Source: Candidatus Spongiihabitans thiooxidans (GTDB taxonomy: Bacteria > Pseudomonadota > Gammaproteobacteria > Arenicellales > Poriferihabitantaceae). From it: 64,000 bases of DNA. Positions 26,063 through 34,044 of the stretch are shown one piece after another (position 1 is the first letter of the stretch; each line of letters begins with the position of its first letter). The notes under the pieces were generated by a model that saw only the letters and a list, made by a program, of their open reading frames with translations, was not told the DNA's origin and ran no database searches. The DNA lies in contig LFLB01000003.1 in NCBI GenBank assembly GCA_001543005.1, forward strand, positions 221,797-285,796, read 5' to 3'. The translations under genes were made by a program, and so were the position numbers.

Positions 26063-26845
26063 ATGAATCAAAATGACATCCTGACCACCCCGCCCGACTT
26101 TATCCCATATCAATCAACCCTTGCCGATCGCGTCGTTCTAGTGACAGGAGCGGCATCGGAAATTGGAAGTGCGGTGGTATTGGCTGCGGCCAAATCGGGA
26201 GCCACCGTTTTAATGCTGGATCGGAAACAGCGCTTCATGACCGCGCTATATGACGCAATATGCGATCAGGGATTAGCGCAACCGATGATGATTGAGTTTG
26301 ATATGGTGCGCGCTGATTCCCGTGCCTTTGAAACGCTAGGCACATCGTTACTCGCTCAGTTTCCGGAAATTCATGGTTTGGTGCATTGTGCAATGTGGGG
26401 CGCGCCGCTCACCCCTGCACCTCATGCGGAAATGGAAGCCTGGTCAAAAGTACTGGACCAACAGTTGATAAAACCCATGTATCTAACTAAAACGCTTTGT
26501 CCCAATCTAAATCACCCCAACCCGGCATCAATCATTTTCACCGTGATGGACATTGGGCGAGCGGGGCGTGCCTATTGGGGTGCTGTTGGTGTGGCATTTG
26601 CAGGTGTGGAAAATCTTTGTGAATCATTAAGCGCGGAATTCTTCGACTATAAAACCCGGGTAAACACGGTGGATCCTGGCAAGGTTAAAACCGCAATCCG
26701 AAAATATTTTTATCCCGGTGAAACCGATAAAGGTTTAAGAGAAGCAAACGATACTGAAATTGTTAACGCCTATCTATATCTTTTATCGGACGCAAGCAAT
26801 CAGCAAACCGCAAAACGATTCTCAGTCACGCCTTTGGATGGTTGA
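26063..26845 (+). CDS. Short-chain dehydrogenase/reductase-like protein
   Basis: VLVTGAASEIGSAV Rossmann motif. 260 aa. It starts 4 nt after the previous gene. Confidence 0.75.
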   Translation: MNQNDILTTPPDFIPYQSTLADRVVLVTGAASEIGSAVVLAAAKSGATVLMLDRKQRFMTALYDAICDQGLAQPMMIEFDMVRADSRAFETLGTSLLAQFPEIHGLVHCAMWGAPLTPAPHAEMEAWSKVLDQQLIKPMYLTKTLCPNLNHPNPASIIFTVMDIGRAGRAYWGAVGVAFAGVENLCESLSAEFFDYKTRVNTVDPGKVKTAIRKYFYPGETDKGLREANDTEIVNAYLYLLSDASNQQTAKRFSVTPLDG

Positions 26846-26989
26846 AAACTGAGGGATGCGCATCATAACTTTGTAACAAAATAAAGTGGTGGCATATCGA
26901 GAACCCTTTATTCATGGCTTTGTGAACTTACGGACAAAATTGTTTGTTTCAGGACATTCCATTCATCAGCACCGTAACAACGGATATTT

Positions 26990-27383
26990 TCGTCGGCTTT
27001 GGCATCCTCGGCAATTGCTCCTGCAGGTGATGAACAGGAAGTTCAAATGTCGCGATGGCAGGATGCCAATGAGCGACCTCTAATAAGCTACGTCCATGTA
27101 GCGATGCGTCGCTCTACCTCCCCCGTCCCTGGGGTCGTCGGCTTTGGCATCCTACCGCTCTCGACTTCTGTTCCAGACTCAGTTCTATCTCCCCCATCCT
27201 TGGGGTCGTACCTCCCCCGTCCCTGAGGTCGTCGGCTTTGGCATCCTGCGTCGCTCTACCTCCCCCTTCCTTGGGGTCGTCGGCTTTGGCATCCTCGGCA
27301 ATTGCTCCTGCATTGCTCTAATAAGCTACGTCCATGTAGCGATGCGTCGCTCTACCTCCCCCTTCCCCTGGGGTCGTCGGCTT
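26990..27383 (-). repeat. Mosaic repeat block of about 45-bp units that form ANGGAN-loop hairpins on the minus strand (candidate Csr/Rsm-like RNA or REP-like element)
   Basis: By hand count there are 19 TCC (GGA on the minus strand) against 2 GGA on the plus strand within 27005-27366. There are five CCCC-loop-GGGG hairpins (27121-34, 27192-205, 27215-28, 27263-76, 27359-73), two GCTAC-ATGGAC-GTAGC hairpins (27087-102, 27325-40) and four AGGATGCC modules. Confidence 0.9.
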
Positions 27384-28213
27384 CTTTTACTGTATTGCCT
27401 GGATTTTTTGAGTGGTTTAGGAGTAACCACCTTGTCGTTGTCGTCGTTTTTCTCCAGCTTTTCGATTACATCTGCACCAAGTTCAATCCAGTCTCCTAAT
27501 TTAATCCCTCTTGGCAGTGCAACTTTTCCGTACCGAATTCGAGACAGTCTACTTAGTTTGCAGCCAATCGCTTCCCACATCCGCCGAACTTCACGGTACT
27601 TTCCTTGTTTGACAGTAACCGAATACCAGGTATTACTGCGCTCTCCTCGTTGGCGTCTAACCTGTAGAAATTGAGTCAAATGCCCCTCAATCTTTATGCC
27701 TTGTTTTAATCGATCGAGTGATTCATTATCAACTTGCCCATATACCCTGCACAGATATTCTCGCTCTAACCCGAGTTTTGGATGCATCAAATGATGGGCA
27801 AGATCGCCATCATTGGTGAACAACAATAATCCACGGGTATTGATGTCCAAACGACCAATCACAACCCAACGCTCTCCTTTCAATACCGGTAGGCGGCGAA
27901 ATACGGTCGGTCGATTTTTCGGGTCCGACCGGGTACAAATTTCCCCTTCCGGTTTATTGTACAGAATAATACGTTTTTGACGATGGTGTCGCTTATTCCC
28001 GAGCTTTCTTTTTGGGTGGTCTTTTAATGGTCGGCCATCAATATTTATCCGACTACTTGAAGTAACACGATCACCCAGTTTGGCAATCTTGCCATCAACC
28101 GTTATTTTCCCTTCGCTTATCCACTCTTCTATTTTTCTTCTGGAAGCAACCCCGATACTGGATAAATATTTCTGCAGCCGTTCTCGAGCAAGACCGGCAT
28201 CATATCGTGGCAT
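27326..28213 (-). CDS. rluB: 23S rRNA pseudouridine synthase RluB
   Basis: N-terminal S4 domain (LQKYLSSIGVASRRKIEEWI), a RsuA/RluB-family catalytic core (GRLDINTRGLLLFTNDG) and a basic C-terminal tail. The last ~19 codons lie inside the repeat block. Confidence 0.9.
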   Translation of the reverse strand: MPRYDAGLARERLQKYLSSIGVASRRKIEEWISEGKITVDGKIAKLGDRVTSSSRINIDGRPLKDHPKRKLGNKRHHRQKRIILYNKPEGEICTRSDPKNRPTVFRRLPVLKGERWVVIGRLDINTRGLLLFTNDGDLAHHLMHPKLGLEREYLCRVYGQVDNESLDRLKQGIKIEGHLTQFLQVRRQRGERSNTWYSVTVKQGKYREVRRMWEAIGCKLSRLSRIRYGKVALPRGIKLGDWIELGADVIEKLEKNDDNDKVVTPKPLKKSRQYSKRSRRPQGKGEVERRIATWT

Positions 28214-28833
28214 CAGGTTTTCGTATCAGGTGCATCGCCATCTTGCTTGTCATCCAGAACGGCCAATAGCTCCAGCGGCAAAGGCGTATCAAATTCGCGG
28301 GCAATGACACCGAGCTCACGCTGTTCCATTAAAAGCGGCAATTCACTCAGCGACTCAAGATTAAAATAAGCAAGAAACGCCGGCGTGGTTCCAAATATGG
28401 CTGGCCGGCCCGGCGTGTCCCGAACTCCCACCTGGTTCACCCATTCTCGCTCTATCAGCCGCTGCATAATTTCGGTGCTAACACTAACCCCTCTGATGTC
28501 CTCAATGTCGCCGCGGGAAACCGGTTGCCGATACGCAATGATGGCCAGGGTTTCCAGCAATGCTCGGGGCAACTTCGGTGGTCTGCTCGCCTGTAGCTTT
28601 CTGATCCGGTCTGCATATTTGAGTTTGGTTTGGAATCGATAACCCTTACCAATTTTCTTAAGATCAATGGCGCGTTCCGCACACTCTTCCTGTAACTCGT
28701 CGAGTACCGCATTAACCTGTTCAGTTGTTGGCGCCGATTTGTCATCAAAAACAGCCAGAATTTTGGCCACACTCAACGGTGTCTCTGAGACCATCAAAAC
28801 AGCTTCAACAATATTTTTAAGCTCGTTACTCAT
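28213..28833 (-). CDS. scpB: Segregation and condensation protein B
   Basis: ScpB-like blocks (EAVLMVSETPLS, IAYRQPVSRGDIEDIRGV). It is overlapped by scpA upstream. Confidence 0.9.
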   Translation of the reverse strand: MSNELKNIVEAVLMVSETPLSVAKILAVFDDKSAPTTEQVNAVLDELQEECAERAIDLKKIGKGYRFQTKLKYADRIRKLQASRPPKLPRALLETLAIIAYRQPVSRGDIEDIRGVSVSTEIMQRLIEREWVNQVGVRDTPGRPAIFGTTPAFLAYFNLESLSELPLLMEQRELGVIAREFDTPLPLELLAVLDDKQDGDAPDTKT

Positions 28834-29728
28834 GGGTGTTTTTTTCGACGCTTTTTAAATGCACCGGCATGAACGGCTCATTCTGCATCACCACCAACAT
28901 ACCATCCCGCGCCAATTCCAGAATCGCCATAAAACTCACCACCAACCCGGGCTTGCCCTCATGGTGATCAAACAAGTCTTCGAATTGAAGAAAGCGGGTA
29001 GTGCGAACTCTATCCAGAATATAGGTCATTTTTTCCCGCACCGTCAGCCTTTCTCTGCCAAAATAAAAATGTTTGTTCACCTCCGAGCGCTCCAAAACAT
29101 TTCGAAACGCCACCACCAAATCATTCAGCGATGCCCGTGGCTCAATTTTCACCAGCTCGGAATCCTCGAAATCCGCGCTCACCAGATACAGTTCGCGCTC
29201 CAACCGGGGTCGTTCATTGAGGCCCATGCCGGCCTGACTAAAGCGCTCGTATTCCTGTATCCGTCGAATCAAAGCGGCTCGTGGATCCTGTTCATCACCG
29301 TCTTCTTCGGCAACCGGACAGGGCAACAACAAACGCGATTTAATTTCCGCGAGTATGGCCGCCATAACCAGATATTCCGCCGCCAGATCCAGTCGAAATT
29401 TTCGCATCATCTCCACATATTCCATGTACTGTTTGGTAATGCGCGCCACTGGAATATCCAGGATATCCAGATTTTGTTTTCGTGTCAGGTACAACAATAA
29501 ATCCAACGGGCCCTGGAAGGTTTCCAGAAATACTTCCAGGGCATCAGGTGGAATAAACAGATCATGAGGCCAGTTATCGAATACTTCACCGTTGACCAGC
29601 ACTTCGTTGACCAACACGTTGGCCTGGGCGTCATTATCCTGCGCAATTTCCGCCTGGTTTGGTGCGCTGTCAGCTGCCTGAGTGTCGGTTACTGCCTGGT
29701 TTTGATGAGTGGTTTTTGTATCGCTCAC
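28826..29728 (-). CDS. scpA: Segregation and condensation protein A
   Basis: The block FQGPLDLLLYLTRKQNLDILDIPVARIT is typical of ScpA. Confidence 0.9.
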   Translation of the reverse strand: MSDTKTTHQNQAVTDTQAADSAPNQAEIAQDNDAQANVLVNEVLVNGEVFDNWPHDLFIPPDALEVFLETFQGPLDLLLYLTRKQNLDILDIPVARITKQYMEYVEMMRKFRLDLAAEYLVMAAILAEIKSRLLLPCPVAEEDGDEQDPRAALIRRIQEYERFSQAGMGLNERPRLERELYLVSADFEDSELVKIEPRASLNDLVVAFRNVLERSEVNKHFYFGRERLTVREKMTYILDRVRTTRFLQFEDLFDHHEGKPGLVVSFMAILELARDGMLVVMQNEPFMPVHLKSVEKNTHE

Positions 29729-29736
29729 AATAATAT

Positions 29737-29785
29737 AATCATTTGCACACTTTCATTTGCACGCTTTCATTTGCATGTTCATTTA
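29737..29785. repeat. 14-bp tandem repeat (tttcatttgcacgc, about 3.5 copies) between trpS and scpA
   Basis: Read directly from the sequence. The last partial unit contains the trpS stop codon. Confidence 0.85.
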
Positions 29786-31008
29786 TAGGCCGTGCCCACC
29801 GCTTCGCGCACGATTTCCATAGTTTCCACCGCCACTGTCCGCGCCTTTTGACAACCAGCGTGAATCACTTCTTTGACCCTTTCGGGGTTGGATTCATAGG
29901 GCTGAGCCCGCTGTCGAATTTCTTCTTGTTGTTCCAGCACTTTTTCGATCAGTGGTTGCTTACATTCGAGGCACCCAAAAGACGCCGCGCGGCATCCAGA
30001 TGAAGCCCATGCCTGAGTGTCCTCATCACTATAAACGAGGTGTAGCTGCCAAACCGGACATTTATCTGGATCGCCGGGGTCGGTTATTCGTACCCGAGCT
30101 GGATCCGTCGGCATCACCCGAATGGATTGCTCAACGCGCTTGGGTTCATCCCGCAATGCGATGATATTATCATAGGAATTGGACATTTTTTGTCCATCCA
30201 GTCCAGGCATTTTTGCGGCTTCGGTCAGCAAAGCCTCGGGTTCCGGCAAAATGGCTTTTCCCCGCCCTTCCAGGAATCCCACAAGTTGATCCTTTTGCGT
30301 CTGATTGAGGTTTTGTTGCCCTAGAATTAATGCAATTCCCTGGGCATGGGCTTCGCGATCACCTTTTTCGTTAAACAACTGTTTAAGCCGACTAAACGAT
30401 TTGGCCGTTTTTCCCCCCATTTGTTTGATTGCTTGTTGCGCCTCAATTTCAAAATTTGGGCCGCGCCCAAAAAAATAATTAAATCGACGAGCAATTTCCC
30501 TGGTCAATTCCACATGCGGCACTTGATCCTCCCCGACCGGGACATGCGCCGCGCGATACATTAAAATATCCGCGGCTTGCAGCAACGGGTAGCCCAAAAA
30601 CCCATAGGTGGAAAGATCCTTGTCGTGGAGTTTTCGTTGCTGGTCCTTAAAACTTGGCACCCGCTCCAACCAGCCCAAAGGCGTTACCATGGACAGCAAC
30701 AAGTGCAACTCGGCGTGTTCAGGAATTCGGGATTGGATGAACAAGGTTGCTTGTTCAGGATCCACTCCGGCTGCCAGCCAATCAATCACCATTTCCCATA
30801 TATGCTCATTCATGGTTTCCGGGGTATCGTAATGCGTCGTCAGCGCATGCCAATCGGCAACAAAATAGAAACATTCATAGTCCTTTTGCATCCGCACCCA
30901 GTTTTTCAGCACACCGTGATAATGCCCAAGATGCAGCCGGCCGGTGGGCCGCATTCCGGACAAAACCCGGTTGTTAGCCAAAGCGCTGTTTTCTGATGAT
31001 GAACGCAT
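29779..31008 (-). CDS. trpS: Tryptophan--tRNA ligase (long form)
   Basis: HIGH-type motif GRLHLGHYHG and KMSKS-type motif GQKMSNS. 409 aa. Confidence 0.9.
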   Translation of the reverse strand: MRSSSENSALANNRVLSGMRPTGRLHLGHYHGVLKNWVRMQKDYECFYFVADWHALTTHYDTPETMNEHIWEMVIDWLAAGVDPEQATLFIQSRIPEHAELHLLLSMVTPLGWLERVPSFKDQQRKLHDKDLSTYGFLGYPLLQAADILMYRAAHVPVGEDQVPHVELTREIARRFNYFFGRGPNFEIEAQQAIKQMGGKTAKSFSRLKQLFNEKGDREAHAQGIALILGQQNLNQTQKDQLVGFLEGRGKAILPEPEALLTEAAKMPGLDGQKMSNSYDNIIALRDEPKRVEQSIRVMPTDPARVRITDPGDPDKCPVWQLHLVYSDEDTQAWASSGCRAASFGCLECKQPLIEKVLEQQEEIRQRAQPYESNPERVKEVIHAGCQKARTVAVETMEIVREAVGTAYK

Positions 31009-31017
31009 ATCTCGTCA

Positions 31018-31653
31018 TTATCCATGTGTGCTTGATATAAATGTGCTGACATCGCCCTTGCCCACTCGGCGCACATTGGGGATACCGCTGATCAAGTCAA
31101 CCACAGACGTAGGCTGGAAATCGCAAGGCCCGCCATCAATAACCAGATCAATTTCATGCTCCAGCGCTTGGCGAATCTGTTCAGCGTCATTTAACGGTAA
31201 TGTTTCTCCAGGCATAATCAAGGTGGAACTCATCAATGGCTCATTCAGCTCACCCAGCAACAGCTCTACGATACGAAAGTCCGGCACCCGCAAGCCGATC
31301 GAGCGTCGTTTCGGATTTTGAAGTCGTCTTGGAACTTCACCGGTAGCGGCGAGAATAAATGTATACGGTCCGGGAGTAAAGCGTTTCAACAAACGATAGA
31401 TGTCATTGTCAACTTTCGCGTAAATACTTAGCTCGGATAAATCCTTGCACACCAGGGTAAAGTTATGATCCTCCCCGACTTTCCTGATTGCCCTGATGCG
31501 ATTCATTGCCTCTTTGTTGCCGATTGAGCAACCTAATGCATAGCTGGAATCCGTTGGATATGCCACCACGCCGCCATGACTAATTATTTCGGCGGCTTGA
31601 TGAATTAGCCGCCTTTGGGGATTTACTGGATGTATTGAAAAATATTGTGCCAT
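31018..31653 (-). CDS. yciO: YrdC/Sua5-fold protein, YciO type
   Basis: The N-terminus MAQYFSIHPVNPQRRLIHQAAEIISHGGVVAYPTDSSYALGC...HNFTLVCKDLSEL closely parallels the E. coli YciO sequence as I remember it. Confidence 0.8.
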   Translation of the reverse strand: MAQYFSIHPVNPQRRLIHQAAEIISHGGVVAYPTDSSYALGCSIGNKEAMNRIRAIRKVGEDHNFTLVCKDLSELSIYAKVDNDIYRLLKRFTPGPYTFILAATGEVPRRLQNPKRRSIGLRVPDFRIVELLLGELNEPLMSSTLIMPGETLPLNDAEQIRQALEHEIDLVIDGGPCDFQPTSVVDLISGIPNVRRVGKGDVSTFISSTHG

Positions 31654-31710
31654 AGTACCTGAGGTGAATAGGTAGCCGGTGAATGAGCCAGTGGATGGGT
31701 GGTTGGCAAA

Positions 31711-33120
31711 TTAGCCATTGTATTTTCCGGTTGGATTGCGCGCTTTTGATGCTATTTTATTTTCTGCGGCACTGCTTGCTGCGCCCTTTTTGGGGTGCCT
31801 TTTTGGGCCTCTTTTTTGATTCGAGTTACCGCGCCCCTTTTCAACCGTTGTTTCAATCATTGATTGGCGCTGATGAAAATCGCAGTCCTGTATTTCGGTC
31901 CACCAATCCACAATATCCTTGCTGACTTCCCCAATTTCCTGACGCAATAACAAAAAATCATAAGCCGCTCGGAATCGCCTGTTTTCAAGTAATCTTTCAA
32001 TGGATCGCGGAATTCTGTTTTCCAACAAAGATTGCATTTCCCATATTTCATGCGCCGGCCCTTTAACTCGCAAAGGCAAAGTAACTGAACTGGACTGCTG
32101 TTTGAAAACCAGATCGCTGGCAATCCAGAAAGCTTCATTTCGTCGCACTCCTTTTGAAACCAGTCTTTTAAATTCAGTTTTGAATGGCCACCACAGCATT
32201 ACCGCAAATAAATACGCAGGAATAACCGGCTTATTTTGTCCAACCCGTTTATCGGTATTGTTAAGCGCACTCAAAATTAACGACTCAAATTTATCCCCAC
32301 CTTCCTGGTTGATACATTTCACCGTTTGCGGAAACAAATAATAAAGCAACAGCGTTTCTCTTAATCGTAGCCAGGTTTTCGCTGCCGCAGAATGGTGAAA
32401 CAACTTCAAGACTTCCTCGAACAACCTCGCCGCCGGAACATCTTGGAGTAGTGCGGCATTTTTTTCAATGGCAGCTAAAATGGATTCCCCTACCTGCAAT
32501 CCCAGTTTGGACTGGAACCGAACAACGCGTATCATACGAACCGGGTCTTCAGAAAATCGAAGATTTATATCGCCAATTATCCTTAATGTTTTTGTCTTCG
32601 CGTCCTCAATTCCGTTAACAAAATCAATAACCGTTTCTTTATTTGGGTCGTAATACATGGCGTTGATGGTGAAATCTCGTCGAATTGCATCAACCTCAAT
32701 GGTGCCGTAAACATTGTCGTCTAAAATTCTGCCGGTACTCGAAGCCTTTGATCTGCCACGAAATCCCTTTTTATTTGCACTGTCGGGCATAGCACGGTAA
32801 GTCGCTACCTCAATTATTTCACGCTCACGACCACGACCAAAGGTGACATGCACGATCTTGAACCGCCGCCCAATTATCCGAGCACGATCAAAAATTTTCT
32901 TGATCTGTTCGGGGTTGGCATTGGTGGTAACATCGAAGTCTTTGGGCTTTCTGCCCATCAATAAATCTCTGACACAACCACCGACTAAATAACCGTCGAA
33001 ACCCGCTGACTGTAATCCTCGGACTACTTTTATGGCGTTTTGACTAACGCATGACTTATCGAATCCCAACTCGACGGCAGAATGTTGGGTGGGTTTCAGG
33101 TGCGTTAATTTCCGTTTCAA
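31711..33120 (-). CDS. pcnB: Poly(A) polymerase I
   Basis: Nucleotidyltransferase block GGCVRDLLMGRKPKDFDV and a basic C-terminal tail. Confidence 0.9.
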   Translation of the reverse strand: MKRKLTHLKPTQHSAVELGFDKSCVSQNAIKVVRGLQSAGFDGYLVGGCVRDLLMGRKPKDFDVTTNANPEQIKKIFDRARIIGRRFKIVHVTFGRGREREIIEVATYRAMPDSANKKGFRGRSKASSTGRILDDNVYGTIEVDAIRRDFTINAMYYDPNKETVIDFVNGIEDAKTKTLRIIGDINLRFSEDPVRMIRVVRFQSKLGLQVGESILAAIEKNAALLQDVPAARLFEEVLKLFHHSAAAKTWLRLRETLLLYYLFPQTVKCINQEGGDKFESLILSALNNTDKRVGQNKPVIPAYLFAVMLWWPFKTEFKRLVSKGVRRNEAFWIASDLVFKQQSSSVTLPLRVKGPAHEIWEMQSLLENRIPRSIERLLENRRFRAAYDFLLLRQEIGEVSKDIVDWWTEIQDCDFHQRQSMIETTVEKGRGNSNQKRGPKRHPKKGAASSAAENKIASKARNPTGKYNG

Positions 33121-33244
33121 ATTCGATCCTTAATGACTATCATTATTGCTCAACCCGATTTTTATTATCGAGTCCGATTTTCAATCAACCGGCAGATAGC
33201 TGGATAAAAACCTGACCACCACTATCCAGGATACTATTCCAGCC

Positions 33245-33877
33245 TCAGCCGGATTTTTTGATGTCCAGTTTTTTGATACCCGGTTTTTTGATAATTGCCC
33301 AGGTGGCAGGAATAACCAGCATGGCCAACACTATTTTAGCCAAATCGCCCAATAAAAATGGATTCATGCCCCATTCAAAAATCGGTTTATCCCAGCCCAA
33401 TACATTGGCCAGCCAAATCAAACCGGGGATGTAGATAATCAGGTTACCGATGAGCATCGCGGCGAAAGTCAAGGTTAGCTTTCTATCCCAGCCTTTTTCT
33501 GCAAGGTAGCCGGTTGTCGCCGCGGCAATAACAAATCCCAGTAAATATCCCCCGGTCGGCCCCATCATATAAACCAGACCAATTCCTTTTTCAGGGGTGC
33601 CGGCGAATACCGGAAACCCGAAGATGCCCACTGCCAGATAAAGCAATACCGTAGAGGCGCCCAATTTCCAACCATAGATGATACCTAACGCCAGAACCAC
33701 AAATGTCTGCATGGTCATGGGCACCGGATAAAATGGAATTTTGATCTTGGCCGACAGCGTTAACAGGGCTGCGCCGATTGCTGCCAATATAATATGCCTT
33801 ACCCAACTTCGGTCGTCCGACAATGCGGGCCATAAAACAGTGGCCAGGGTAGGAAAATGGATTGATTGCGATGTCAT
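33245..33877 (-). CDS. bioY: Biotin transporter BioY
   Basis: 210-aa, six-TM ECF S-component-like protein with BioY-type blocks (PVPMTMQTFVVL, GPTGGYLLGF). Confidence 0.8.
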   Translation of the reverse strand: MTSQSIHFPTLATVLWPALSDDRSWVRHIILAAIGAALLTLSAKIKIPFYPVPMTMQTFVVLALGIIYGWKLGASTVLLYLAVGIFGFPVFAGTPEKGIGLVYMMGPTGGYLLGFVIAAATTGYLAEKGWDRKLTLTFAAMLIGNLIIYIPGLIWLANVLGWDKPIFEWGMNPFLLGDLAKIVLAMLVIPATWAIIKKPGIKKLDIKKSG

Positions 33878-34044
33878 GCCAAAACCTCTTTGAAGTAATT
33901 GTTTGCGCTGAAATGGAAGTGGTTTAATGCGTGGTGTGGATGCTGGATAATACCATCAATCATGGCCATAATGATAAAACAATCACAAACAAATAATCCT
34001 GATTCGTGACCATGATTCATGGCCTCATTCACCCAGGGGTGGAT

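Noticed and set aside
26990-27500. GacA box (TGTAAG-N6-CTTACA) and a rho-independent terminator bounding the GGA-hairpin array
   Set aside because: There is only a weak half-match (tgtaatcgaaaagctgga on the minus strand, at about 27455-27472), and no convincing U-tailed terminator at the 26.9-kb end. The transcript boundaries therefore remain unknown. This weakens the sRNA hypothesis but does not exclude it.
27144-27674. 176-aa plus-strand ORF crossing the repeat block and running antisense into rluB
   Set aside because: Its translation is simply the repeat read through (repeated STSPFPWG/VVGFGIL), and it overlaps the well-supported rluB gene.
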